From Octopus sinensis (taxonomy: Eukaryota), in assembly GCF_006345805.1 (NCBI RefSeq), contig NC_042997.1, positions 142,600,001-142,664,000 of the forward strand: a stretch of DNA of 64,000 nt, in the 5' to 3' direction. The notes beneath the pieces are model-generated. The model saw only the letters and a list, made by a program, of their open reading frames with translations, was not told where the DNA came from and did not search any database. Numbering within the stretch: position 1 is the stretch's first letter; every line of letters starts with the position of its first letter. Shown here in pieces: positions 13,943-27,112 of the stretch. Both the position numbers and the translations under genes were made by a program.

Positions 13943-14832
13943 CTTTAAGATTCTGCACAGTTTCCATTTATCAATTTCACTTATAAGGTCACAAGCCATT
14001 GGTCAGTCTAAGGCTATAGAAGAAGAAACTTATCCAATGGAGTGGGATTGAACATGAAACTATGTGGATGTGGAGCAAACTTCTTAACCATAGGTTGAAC
14101 AGGTTGTCATAATCTGAGCCATTTCTTAATCATGTGACTGCAAAACTAACTTAAGTGCACAGTCATGACTGTACCTTAGTACAGAGTATACATTTAAAAT
14201 ATTTATATCAAATCTTTGCTTTGATTGGTTAGATCTCCATAAATGCCTTATTCATTGGTATGTATATAGTTATTTTCATTTCTCATTATTTCTGTCAAAT
14301 TCTCTTGTGTGTGCGTGTGTGTATGTGCATGTGTGTGCATGCGTGTGTGTGTGCATGTGTGTGTATGTATGTATATATATATGTGTGTGTGTATATCTTA
14401 AATTATTAGTTTTAGTTTCCAATAGTTTAAAAAAAATTTTCTCCAATTCATGCATATTTGCATGTTATCATGAAATGATATTAGTTAAAAGATCAATCAA
14501 TCATTTAAAAAAGGCCGTTTAAATGTCATATGGTAATGACTGTCATTTAACTAGTGATTTGTACATGATACTATGAATATGATACTCATCCTTGTTGTAG
14601 TGTTTCTTTTTATATCTTTTTAACCCTGGTTTCTTACCTCACCTGAAAGTCTACAAGATTGTCAGATTTATAACACCACCCAAGCTAGCTTTGGAAACAT
14701 TGATGAAAGGGGAAGAAGCCTTTAAATATTCTGTAAAAAAATTAAAGTAGATATGGACCACAGCTTAAGATATTTGCCTTGACTTAAGCCTTCAGTTTCT
14801 GATGAATTCATAGTGGTACCATTGTGACATAA

Positions 14833-15010
14833 CCCTTTAGCATTCAGATTAAATTGTATCATAATCTTGTACCTCTGAGATTTTGATGATGTAACTGTAT
14901 ATTTTTTGAATGACGTTGTAAGGTAGGTGTGAGAGACTCAATCTAGTTCATTTGAACATAAAACAAGTAGAATATTTTGGCCTGATTTGGTCAGTTTAAA
15001 TACTAAAGGG
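14833..15010. mobile_element. MITE family E
   Basis: ccctttagcattcag ... aatactaaaggg-TTAA. Confidence 0.75.
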
Positions 15011-15429
15011 TTAAAGTATATTTTGGGCATCTTAACCTGATGAAGATCATTCCTCTACAGCTCTGACAACAGTTAGTTTCTGCCGGAGAGAGGAATTATG
15101 AAGGGGAGGAGGAAGAGAAGAAGAAGAATGTCTCTAATACCGAAGTGGTACTTTATTTAATGACTGTGAAAGGATAAAAGGCAAAGCTGACCTCTGTAAA
15201 GTGATTGGTATGAGGAAGGATACTCAGTTGTTAGAACCATGCCAAAAGCAGAATGGATAGTTTAGAAGTGCAACCCATTTGGGTAGACAGTGATTTTAAA
15301 TAAGCATTTACTGACAACTTCTCCAATCCATGCCATTATGGAAAGCAAAGATAAAATCATTTCATATATGTGTGTATGTATACATATCTATGTGTGTGTA
15401 TACATACATACAAACATACATACATGGCC

Positions 15430-15615
15430 CCTGTGCCGGTGGCATGTAAAAAGTACCCACTACACTCACGGAGTGGTTAGCGTTAGGAAGGGCATCCAGC
15501 TGTAGAAACACTGCCAAATCAGACTGGGGCCTGGTACAGCCTCCTGGCTTCCCAGACCCTGGTCGAACCGTCCAACCCATGCTAGCAAGGAAAACGGACG
15601 TTAAATGATGATGAT
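15430..15615 (+). mobile_element. Family A element (one unit)
   Basis: Same body and tail. Further copies at about 0.81, 9.75, 12.95, 13.45, 16.4, 22.56, 26.45, 26.8, 29.15, 30.2, 32.4, 39.5 and 49.44 kb. Confidence 0.8.
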
Positions 15616-17013
15616 ACATACATACATACTTATATTTGTATGTAAGAAAAAAGATGACTAAGGAATAAATGATTAGCTTCAAACACTTATATTCATGTGT
15701 GTGTATATGTACTGGAACAACCCTGACTGTGTAGTTAAGTTCATTTTGCAACCACATGGTTGCCCTCTGTTATAGCCTTAGACTGTCCAATGCCCTGTGA
15801 GTGAAATTGGTAGTTAAAAACTGTATGGAAGCTTGTTGTATGTTTATGTATGTGCATGGATGTTTATGTCCACAAGTATTGATATTACACAGCTTCTCTT
15901 GTTACCAAAAGACATTACTACCAATTGCTCTGCATTTTCAAAAACCAGTTAGATAAAAAAAAATCCCCTATTTGAAAAATTGGTAAGGGTTGACAACAGA
16001 AAGACTACTTGGCTGTAAAATGCAATCTTAAATGAGTCCCCATCTAATTCACACTAACATATAAAAGCAGATGTTAAATAGTATAAACTCTTGGTGCCTT
16101 AAGAGTTAAGAAATTGATAGCATATTGATTCTCAACCAGATCATCCCACCAACCAAAAATATGGTGCCATTGTTTTTATAATTTTTGATTGATTGACCAA
16201 TTAAGTGTCCAAGTCTTTTTTTCAGTAATTACTAAGTAAATATGAAATTGCATTATTTCTTTGAAATTTTACTTTTTCGAAAATATATTTGGAATCTAAA
16301 ATATATATGGGTGAGTCAACTCAATGTGTCAGATGGTGAGTGAGCTACAAATTATATGGAAGAGACAACTTCTTTCATTACTGATGGTTGTAATAGTTAT
16401 TATCATCATCATCATTCAAGATCTGTTTTCCATACTGGTATGGGTTAGGTAGTTTGACAGGATCAAGCAAGCTGCAGGACTGCATTGAGCTCCAGTGTCA
16501 GTATTGGTATGATTTTCTACAGCTGGATACCCTTCCTAATGCCAACCACTTTACAGTGTGTATTGGATGCTTTTCTTGTGCACTAGCACTAAAGGAGTTA
16601 CTAAGTAATATGCAAGACAAGAAAAGAGCAGAAAAAGGGAAAGAAAAGACCCTCAGCTAACTGGGGTGGATATTACTGGAAAACAAAAAAAGATTTATTG
16701 TCTGCTACCCAAACAGATGGTGCTTTATTAAACTAAATTGAGTATGCTGATTCCCAATTTGAACTCAAAATTGCTATAGCACATCAGGATTTTGAGTTAT
16801 GCACATAATTATATATCAATACTATATTAGTATCAGGAATAGTTAAGTTCATGTTATTTTATAGTGAGGAATTGACCACTACCCAAATTTGAAATACTTT
16901 CATCCACAAAAGCATGATTGTTTCTGGAAAACATGAATCCTTATAATAAGACCCATGTAAAAATATACTGCTTAGTCATTAGATGTTTGTGGAATTTTCT
17001 GTTTGCAAATTTT

Positions 17014-17014
<1 letters not shown>

Positions 17015-17065
<51 letters not shown>

Positions 17066-17160
17066 CTCCCTCTCTCCCCTCTCCATCCCTCTCCCCTCTC
17101 TCTCCCTCTCTCTCTCCCCTCTCCCTCCCTCTCCCCTCTCTCTCTCTCTCTCCCTCTCTC
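17015..17160. repeat. (CT)n / CT-rich polypyrimidine tract
   Basis: Directly visible; almost purely C and T. Confidence 0.95.
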
Positions 17161-18387
17161 TACATATGCATCTAAATACATGTGTGTATGTGTGTGTCAT
17201 ACCTACAGACTTTGGCAATCATGGACCTAATGCCAAAGTCTATAGATTTATGACTTTTTCGTGGATAAGATGCAGTAGTGGTTTCCTGTCATCTTCTGGT
17301 TTATTTGGATTTTACTTTGCTAGTTTCTGTTTTTTTTTTCCAAGCTTGCCATTGATGCAAAGAATCTATCTAACTCTTGGTAAAGAGATTGGTTCATGTG
17401 ACATAAGGGCATGTCTACTTTCTGGTAGGTCTGTGTGACACTTGTTTAGGGATCAGCCTTCCTCTGAGTTTTTGCATGTCTTGGCCAAAGGGCCACTTTC
17501 TGATGTTTGACTCATAATTAAAGCCCTTAACATTTCCTACCACCTAGTCCAGAGTGGCCCTGAGGGTAGTGATGACTAAAGAGTAACTCCGTACTCCCTA
17601 AAATTGCTGCAAGCATTGACATACAGTTTTTAAAACTGAATTGCAAGTACATCAATCTGCCCAATATCAGATGTTATGGCTACATTTTGTTGTACCCAAC
17701 CCCACCAAAAAATTTTTTTAACTAAAAATTACATCATTTTATAGAGAGAATGTAAACTGCCTGGTTATTAATCCTCAAAAGAATGAAAGGAATGGAAGCC
17801 AGACGGGGAATAAGAAGATAAGTGAAGGGATAGATGATAAACGTGAAGAGGAAGTGAAAGAGGAGTGATATCAATAGGTCATAAGATATAGTCAAGAGAG
17901 AAGGCAGTGGAAATATACAGAAGTATTTTGCAGCAGCTATCAAATTGTAGCTTATGAGTCAAAGAAGATCCAAGTATTAGAAAGAGTTAAAACTCATAAA
18001 ACTTCAGTTATTTAAAGAAGACAGGTACTTAATTCTGTATACGCACAGCTAAGTTATGCTCTCCATCAAATTCTATTCATTAAATGGTGTCTGGAGTAAA
18101 TTTATGTTTTATCTCTGTAGAATTGAAAAGTAATTACAGTGTTGTTGCTATACCACAGATTTCAATAACAGAAATAGAAAGTTAGCTAGAGTTGGCACTT
18201 TACAATATGTGCCCTTCTAATAAAGTTCCTTAGAACTTTTTTTAAGAAAAATTCATTGCAAATCTATTAAATTCACAATGACATTAAATTCATCACAATA
18301 AAATCACCATGTCACATTAAATTCATTTTAAGAAAAAAATCATTGCTTGTATCTGATTTAGACTTTAAATCAGAAATATGAACCTCT

Positions 18388-18460
18388 AGAAGAGGTAGAC
18401 CCAGGAAGACATGGGACAAAGTGGTGAAGCATGATCTTCAGGTGTTGAGTCTTACAGAGG
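18388..18460 (+). mobile_element. Short RTE-clade LINE fragment
   Basis: RRGRPRKTWDKVVKHDLQVLSLTE, a classic RTE C-terminal motif. Confidence 0.75.
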
Positions 18461-19972
18461 TCTGTCACAGCAATTAATTTGAAGATAGGATGTTTAGTTA
18501 TATCTTATTTATCATCATCATCATCCAATGTTTTAAATCCAGGTTTTGTCTCCATTAACGGGGGTGGTTGGATCTACCGCAATACCATAGCAACCAAGGT
18601 AGGCAGGTTCAACCCACCCCAACCTTTGGGCTGGCTGGTGCTTGTTCTCCTCTGCTATCGCTATCATGAGGTTTTTTTGGAGCTGGACTTTCTATAGGGA
18701 GCATGCCCTTACTTACCCCCAACCTCATTTTCTAGACATAAGTGGTCCCAAGACCAAGACCTCTACCATGATTTTTAAGAAATGTGATGGAAAACTGGCT
18801 CAGGAAGGCAGGGATGCTACTCCTTGAAACTTCTTTCATAGCCCCCTTACCTAGTTATATCTTATTTAGTCAAGGAGAAATAGATATAATCTATAGTATG
18901 ACAATGAGAAAGATCAAGGGACGGCCCTCAACTTTGATTTACAAGGAATGACAAATTTGTTGATAGAAATATGTTACATGAGAATCCTGTTGTTAAAAAT
19001 ATTACCAATGGTGGGATTCTTCTGGACAGCAATAAGATGTTTACCTAGCTATGGATCAATTTAATGACATTGTGAATTCAATGTGATATGAGCAGTTGTG
19101 TATCATCCATCACACTTCGATATTTTGAGAACATAAACATTTTCATTACAATTCCTATCAGAAACTTTTTGGCAAATTGTGTTTACACTGTATTTAGTTG
19201 GGGTTTTTGTCATCATCGTCATCATATTTTGTTTTTGTTTTTTAGATTTGTTCCTTGTCGCACAAACAACAATTCTAGATTTCTAAGCTCATTGTTGGTT
19301 GATTTGATAAAAAATGCTCTGATATTGTTCATCTGTGGAGCTTCATACGTGTATACTGTGGTGATTTGTTGGATTTTTTTTTTGTTCTGTGCAGTACCTT
19401 TGTCTATTGTTACTTTGATGTTTTTCTTTAGAATAGCTCAGATTATAAAAGTTGATATTGTTGGATGGGAACAAGTACAAAAATGTGTACAGTTACTTGC
19501 ATTTAATTCGACTGGAGGTTTGGATGGTGTTCAAAAGAAGTAGAGTAAGAATTTGTAAACTAAGTGATAGTTATCTGAAACGCATAAGATGTACAAAGAG
19601 AAAAGTGATAATTTAAATGCAGGTGATTCATAAAGGATGTTTCAAGCAACTGTTAGGGACTAGAGTATTATGGTGATGTATACATGTACATACACCCATA
19701 AGTGCACACACACATATACTACACACACAATTACTACTTCATTAGTTTGCACATTTTAAGTGGAATCTACGATAGTATATCTATGCATATACATAAAGTG
19801 TATGCATGTTCTGATATTGCTCTTCTATGCAATGTAAAATGCTTGTAAGTGTACAAGCAGTTTTAGTGTCTCAGAACCAAGGGTGATCTCAGACAGGTGA
19901 AACCACACCTGCTTCTAAGATACAAAATTACTGTTTTGAAGGGATCTAAATGAAAACCTTCCATTCAAATTC

Positions 19973-20003
<31 letters not shown>

Positions 20004-20515
20004 AATTATTGTATACAGTGCGCAGGTGCACCACAACTTGTCAAAAGTGCATATAAAGCATATGCAGTAATGTACAAATGTCTGGAAAGTGAACAGTGTA
20101 CGAGTCAGATACATGCTTGCATGTGTATGGAGGAGAGAAAATCAGGTGTAGTGTTGGCGAATCTCAGGAAGCATGGAAGTTTTGAAGGATGCAGTGCTCC
20201 AACAACTAACAACTGATGCCAGCAGTTTGTTCCATGCCTCAGCAACTCTTAGCGTGAAAAAATGTTTCTGAAAGTCATAGGAGCTGTACTGTTTTCTGAC
20301 TTTGTAAACATGTCCATGGGTGTTAGACAGGTGGAGTTTGAAAAGATGCTCAGAGTTGTTGTTGGTAAGATGGTTAATAATTTTATGGGTGTCTGCCAAG
20401 TCAGCTGCCAGATGTCAGAGTTTCAATGTATCCATGCCCAGCAAAGTAAGGTGTTCAGAATATAGCAAATGCCTGATAGAGGGTATTCTCTTGGCTGCAC
20501 ATCACTGAACGGTTT
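19973..20515 (-). mobile_element. CR1-group LINE 3' fragment with (TTA)n tail
   Basis: Minus strand: ...ADLADTHKIINH..HGHVYKVRK..KHFFTLRVAEAWNKLLASVVSC..SFK, typical of a CR1 ORF2 C-terminus, followed by a 3' UTR and a simple-repeat tail. Confidence 0.88.
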
Positions 20516-22344
20516 CCATATTAATATATGTCCCAAACACCAGCTTAATGATGACAAAATTATTTTACTAAATTCTTCTTTATTTTCAAAATTAACTGAA
20601 ACAATGATAATGTATTTCAACAGAGATAAGGTAACAAAAGGATTAAAGTGAGCTAAATGAAAACTTACTTCCTTCCCAATTTCATGATCATTTCTGTTCT
20701 AAATACCAGCTTATGACAAAGTTATTTTACTAAATTCTTCATTATTTTCAAACTTAATTTTATTACAAAAGCAGTGTATCTCAATAGAAATATAGTAAGA
20801 AAAGGGGTTAAACTGCAGCATATCATACTTATGTTTTTCCTTTACTAGTATGTGTACTCTGAGTCTTCTGGTCATATTTCACTGCTTTGCATTTCAGATG
20901 AAGACATCATTTAATCTGCTGGTTTTACATAGTCTTCTTTCAATTTCTTCAGTCAGTTTTAATTCAAGAACTGGTTGTACCATCTTAATATTAGAACTTA
21001 TCTACTTCTTTACACTTTGGTAGTCTGCTGTGCTGTTTTTTTTTTTTTATATTACTGCATGCTCAGAGTGAAAGATTGATGGTATATTGGTAGTAATGGC
21101 AGAATAACAGAGAAAATGCAAAGAAGTATTTGGTCACCTTCTCATACATTCTGAGTTCAAATCCCATCAAGATCAGTTTACCTTTCATCCTTCCAGAATT
21201 GATAAACATAGTATAACTAAAGAACTGGGGCCAATATAATCAACTGTTTGCCTCTCTTAAGATATGTAGCTTTGTTTCAATGTCTTTTTTTTAGTTGTTT
21301 CAGTCACTGGGGCACTGCCTTAAAGGGCTTATCAAACAAATCAACCCCAGTACTTTTTTTTAAAAGTTTGGTACTTATTCTACCTTCTATCAGTCTCTTT
21401 TGTCAAATCACTACATTAAACAAACCAACTCTACTTGTCAAGCAGTGGAGGTGGGCAAATACATGCACAAACACACACACATATGTACATAACAGGCTTC
21501 CACACAGTTTCTGTTTATCAGATTTACTGACAATGTATTGGTTAGTCTGAGGCTACAGTAGAGGACACTGGTGCTGCACAATGGCAACCATTATATTCAT
21601 GCATGTTATACACCTAAATTCTTTTTTTCCAATCTGCTACATTGTTCCCTCCCTACATTGAGCGATTTTAGAAGCTGCTGGTCTTCAGAGAAATGGTTAT
21701 GTTTGATAAGTAACTGCAAACTCATATCTTAGGTTTAACCATGTTCTTTCAGGTTAAGTTATCTCTTTGATATTTCAAACTCATTCTAGCACTTCTAAAT
21801 TGACTATGTTATGAAAGCTGATCAGCCACATGAACAATCTTCTGTTGTTATCTTATCCTTCCATAAAGGTTTTAAAAGGTTTCTGAATTCATAAATTTTG
21901 GATTTTATTTTCTTCAATTTTAAGTTTTTGGAAACACTGAATAGTATTTTTTCTTCTCAAAATAAGCATTAAGAAATATTTAATAACATTAAGAACTATA
22001 TCTTATATATTTAATTCCTATTTTTATTGATTAATATTAATCCCTTGATAGTGTAAATATAAAGATTGAATAATATCTTTTTTTTTTAATTTCTATTTCT
22101 GAAAGATTCTCTACTTTATTGTATGCCATAGTTCATTGTAAGATCTTGACTTCGTTGGAAAGAAAATTGATTTTTAACATTAAAATATAGATAACTTCTT
22201 GGTTAAATGTAAGATTTTATTTCTTTGTATTGAATGTAAAGCAAATTATCTGACAAACAATCCAAACAGTGGAATAAGGTTTATGTTGTGAGGAAGAAGA
22301 GAAATTTAACTCTTTACTGTTTAAACCAGCAATATCTGAACTAA

Positions 22345-22550
22345 GGAACATGGCTCAGTAGTTAGAGCATCAGGCACACAGTCATGAGGCAGTGAGTTTG
22401 ATTCCCAGACCAGCCTGTGTGTTGTGTTCTTGAGCAAGGCACTTTATTTCACATTGCTCCAGTTCACTCAGCTGTAGAAATGAGTTGCATCATTACTGGT
22501 GTCAAGCTGTATCAGCCTTTACCTTTCCTTTGGATAACATTGGTGGTAGA
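22345..22550 (+). mobile_element. tRNA-derived SINE, family F
   Basis: tggctcagtagttagag (A box), gagtttgattccc (B box), cttgagcaaggcactttatttcacattgctccagttcactcagctgt. Related copies at about 41260-41510 (-) and 51530-51690 (+). Confidence 0.7.
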
Positions 22551-23373
22551 TATGAGCAGTTTAAATGTTAAAGGCTTAATGTCCATATTTCATGTAGGCA
22601 TGGGTCTTATGGAATTCAATGAAGCAGGTTTTCTATTGGTAGACGCCTTTCTTGTCACCATTTCCCTCTTGTTTCCAAGCAAGGGAATACTTCCCCATGA
22701 CCAGACAAGTTTTCATGGAAGATTAGAAACAAGGGACGCTGTTTGTGTTTGTGTGATACTTATTTATAACTATCATGCAATGTCAAAACATGAAAACAAA
22801 GACACATGCACCCACACATCCATGCACACATACATACGCACCCACACAGGCATATATAAATACTTATACAAATGTACACATTCACATGATGGTCACTCCC
22901 CATCAGTTTCGATGTATGAGTGTTTGAAGGTGAGGATTTAAAGAAAAAAAGGGAGAAAAAGACAGGAAAAAACTTCTAAAAATAAAAGAATAAAAGAAAC
23001 TGCATCCATTTGCAGTCGATGCATAAATGTAATTTGAATCCAAGAATGGATTTTGCTATGAAGTCACATTGGGGACAATGATGATTTTGATTTTGTCTAC
23101 GATTGGGCAAACATGTCTCTCAATTGCAGTATATAATCCTTTTATTATTCTGTTTCTTCAACTCAAAATACACACACACCATGAGCATCTTTCAATTTCT
23201 GTCCAGTAAATCCATTCACAAAAATTTGGTCAACCTGTGTTGGCCAATTAATAAATCAAGATAGGGATATGCAGAAATGTGTGTTTATAAGTGTGTGTGT
23301 GTGTGTGTGAGCATATATGAAAATGTGCATATTTAGAATTAACTACAAATCATGTGCATCCTTCGGAAATAGA

Positions 23374-23780
23374 CATGGCTGTTTAATTAAGAAGTTTCAT
23401 TGGCACCCACATACTTTGAGTTTTATTTCCACTTCATGGGACTTGGATGACACTTGCTCAAGGTGCTACATAATGGATATATGTATATATATCATGCAGA
23501 CATAGTTGTGCAATTAAAAACTTTGTTTCCTGACCATGTGGTGTTGGTTTCAATCCCATTGCCTGATGCCTTGGCAACTGTCATCTACTTTAGCCCTGGC
23601 TAAGTACAGGCATAGCTGTATGGATAAGAAATTTGTTTCACAATCACTTGGTTTTAGATTCAGTCCTATTGCCTGGCATCCTTAAGTGTCTTTTACCAAA
23701 ACCCCCAGGCTGACCAAAGCCTTGTGAGTGGATTTGCTACATGGAAACTGGAAGGAACTTAGCATGTGTGTGTGTGTCCT
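23374..23780 (+). mobile_element. Cluster of three SINE B heads
   Basis: Repeated (g/a)cat(g/a)g(c/t)tgt heads at about 23372, 23499 and 23610, the last followed by the family B body. Confidence 0.6.
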
Positions 23781-25075
23781 TATGTTGATTTGCAGTGGTT
23801 GTGAATGCCTGTCACCATCACATACACATGTAAAGAGAGAGCAAAAGCTGGTTAAAGGAATCAGCTATAGTGTGCATGAGGGAAGATTCTACATATCAGC
23901 TCTTCCAAAATGCATTTGATATAAATAGGGGCATCAGAAATGATGAGTGACTTAATGGAGGTTTCCTCCATTTATAGCTATATGTAGATATGTAGGCCTG
24001 TATGAGTGTATATTTGCAGATATATATGTATGTTTATGTCTATGTGTAAGTATATACACCCTTCTGGTAATTGTGAAGTATGAACACTTATTTGGAGATA
24101 CAGCCTGTGATTCTCCCTTTATGGAAACTCAGATGAAGTTTAGCATTATTCAAAACTAAAATCACTATACACGTTTTTTAATCACATGTGTCCCTACACT
24201 ACCCTGCTACAAATTAAGTAAATGATGCACCAATTCAACCGATCTTGTTTTCCATTTATCCATTCATTTACCTTGTTTGTGTATTTTCAGTTTCAACTAA
24301 CTTGGGTCTTGCTACTAATTTTAATCAAACAACATTTCCTCTTATTTCATTTCAGCACTTTTAATTTTCTCATATATATTATATATTTTTGCATCCTAAA
24401 TAATACAACTAGTTTTCACTGATGGATTCCATTTTACTATTTAGCTTGGAATTCTTGCCACTTCTTGCTACTATTGGATTTAACTATTAACCCATAAGGT
24501 ATTGCACATTACTTTTAATCAAAATGACTGGAAAGAAACCATAAAAAAGAAGGGAAGACAGTAATGTGAAAAGAAGTCATAAAGAGATGATGCAGTCATT
24601 AAACCTGATCTTTTACAAAGGTTTGATGCCGGAAAAAAAAAAAATCAGCTATAGTGCAAAAAACATTGAAGCTTGCAACACCTACTACATAAACGCTACA
24701 TGACAATAAAGATAAAATAAGGTCAAGTGTTTAAGTAGCTATTTTGTTAACTGCTTTGGCATTCTGTTTTTTTGTTTTTTTTTCATAGATCTGAAGTAAT
24801 GCAATTGAGAAGCATTTGAAATGCAACACTTTTTACTGTAATGTGAACTACATTACTACACCAATATAAACTATATTATAGAATTACTTTGGTATAAAAT
24901 TTCTTGGTTCACTTCATCAACTATATTAGCAATCATTTTACCATTAACTCTTCATGCAGATCCCACCTTGCAACCAGTCATTCTGTTTAAGTCATCCTGC
25001 TTCTTGGCATTCATTCATGAAAAACCTGTATCTTCTCAAATCATTCTATCATCTGATAGTGAAAATTAGATCTTA

Positions 25076-25116
25076 CTTCACTGATGAGGTCACATAAGAA
25101 CAAAACACGTCTAGAG
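25076..25116 (+). ncRNA. Decayed hammerhead ribozyme motif (PLE-type)
   Basis: CTTCA-CTGATGA-GGTC acataa GAAC-AAAA-CACGTC-TAGAG, a few substitutions from CTGATGA-GGTC..GACC-GAAA-CGCGTC. Confidence 0.55.
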
Positions 25117-25419
25117 CTGTCATTGTATTACTTAAGATTAACCTCACTCCCCACTGTATTTCATAGCTCATTAATTTTGATAAATTTAAATCTCATGGTT
25201 GTGTCCCCTGTTTTTCTTGGCCAAAATTATTCATTTTGATAATAATTTTTTTTTTTTTCTTTTTACTTGGATGTAATTTTAATTACTTGAAATATCTTGA
25301 CTAACTACATTAAGAATGCTAGCTTTACTACTAATTATTCATGCAGCACACGCACTTCATATTCCCCACCTCACTGTCATTTATCTGTTTATTACCTTTT
25401 TTACTTGCTAAGTTTGAAG

Positions 25420-25796
25420 GAAGGGGCAGCCCTGCTATAGCAGTGAACTTGATGCCATTAATATTCTGTTTAAATTGCTGCAAGAAAGACATGAACAGGG
25501 AAAAGATTCCAGTAAGATGATGTTCTGGGGAGATAAAAACTAGGCAAGTCTGTTAGTGTGGAGCTGTGGTATTTGGATGAAACAGAGTTGACGAGAGATG
25601 GAGACATGAGTGGGTCAGAGATACTCATATTGGAGAGATATGAGACCAGTCAGTTGTGAAGAACAGAAGCCACTGTAGTTGTAACAGAAAAGACATGTGG
25701 AGGTGACAGAATGCTCATGGGTCAGAGGCTGGAGTGTGACTGTTACTGATTTAATGCTTGTAAGTTGAGTGGCCTTTCTTTGGATGCAATCTGGGG
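25420..25796 (-). mobile_element. Decayed CR1/L2-group LINE 3' fragment
   Basis: Minus strand: DCIQRKATQL..LQPL..CLFCYNYSGFCSSQLTGLI...PRTSSYWNLFPVHVF..QQFKQNIN. Confidence 0.7.
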
Positions 25797-26124
25797 TACT
25801 AAAATATATTGATAAAAGTTTACTCCTTGCTACTAATTAGTTTTGATTCAAATCTCTAAACTAATACTTCTTATTACTTCCAAATTTTCAATTTTGTTTA
25901 CACTTCCTGGCAATTCCATATATTTTCTTCTTATTCATATTTAGAAGAGAAGGGAAGAATAAGCACTATTTATTTTGTTGCAGCTCCTATTGATCACTAA
26001 CACCCTTTTTTCTCAATGTTAATAGCCATGTGTCTCCTCTACAAAATCTTGTCTGCCGCCCCTCACATACTTTAACCCCCTCATTCCCAAATGTAAAATT
26101 CAATAAAGTTGACCTCACTAGTAC

Positions 26125-26430
26125 TGTTGTTTGTTCCTTCTCGAGCCACGCCTGGCTCATAAGGGCTGGTTTCCCACTTTCCTTGGTGTAAAGGTTCCCC
26201 ACCTGGATGGGACGTTGGTCCATCACAGGTGAGCTGCAAGATGCAGGAGGAAAGAGTGAGAGAAAGTTGTGGCGAAAGAGTCAGCAGAAGTTCGCCATTT
26301 ACCTTCTGCTGGAGCCACATGGAGCTTAGGTGTTTCACTCATAAACACACACATCACCCGGTCTGAGATTCGAACTCACGATCCCTCGACCATGAGTCCA
26401 CTGCTCTAACCACTAGGCCATGTGCTTCCA
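26125..26430 (-). mobile_element. Complete tRNA-derived SINE with Meta-domain-like body
   Basis: Minus strand: A box tggcctagtggttagag, B box gagttcgaatctc, body cctgtgatggacc..cgtcccatccagg..ggaaacc..ccttatgagcc..tggctcg, (AAC) tail. The flanking sequence cctcactagtact is duplicated (26114-26126 and 26431-26443). Confidence 0.85.
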
Positions 26431-27049
26431 CCTCACTAGTACTAGTGGCATAAAAAAAAGCACCCAGTACACACTGTAGAGCGGTTGCATTAGGAAGGGC
26501 ATCAAGCCATAGAAATTAGATCAATGCAGACACTAGGGCACAGTGCAGTCCTTTGACACATCAGATCCTATCAAACCATCCAGTTCATGCCAGCATGGAA
26601 CATGGACATTAGATGATGACCGTGATGACAACGACAATCAATATCATCATCCACACCCTAGTCTCTGTAATTTCTTACCTGTTTTTCTACTCAAGATAAG
26701 GGAGGTCAATGCCTTATCCAAGCCACAGACCAATTCCAGAGACATGGTTGCAAAACAGTAAGCACTTCAGTAAAACAAATCAACAGCTTAACCACTCAGT
26801 CATTGTGACTTCATCATCATCATCATTTAACGTCCACTTTTCCATGCTCGAATGGGTCAGACAGAATTTGTTGAGGCAGTTTGTCTATGTTCCTGTCATC
26901 AACCCTCACCTGTTTTCAAACAAGGTTATATTTTCCCATGGCCAAACATGTTTTTCATGGAATACTGGAAATGAACAACTGCATGTGTGATGGTGATGTT
27001 CATTTACAACCACCACATGATGTTTAGACAAGGGTACACACAAGACAGT

Positions 27050-27052
<3 letters not shown>

Positions 27053-27092
<40 letters not shown>

Positions 27093-27112
27093 CACACACA
27101 CACACACACACA
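27053..27112. repeat. (CA)n microsatellite
   Basis: Directly visible. Confidence 0.95.

Noticed and set aside
16918-17438. Five overlapping ORFs (ERER/LSLS)
   Set aside because: Translation of the CT microsatellite.
19088-19543. 151-aa hydrophobic ORF
   Set aside because: T-rich compositional ORF with no recognisable domain or splice context.
26360-26430. tRNA gene
   Set aside because: The A and B boxes belong to a SINE head. There is no acceptor stem and the sequence continues into the SINE body. The same applies to family B, C and F heads.
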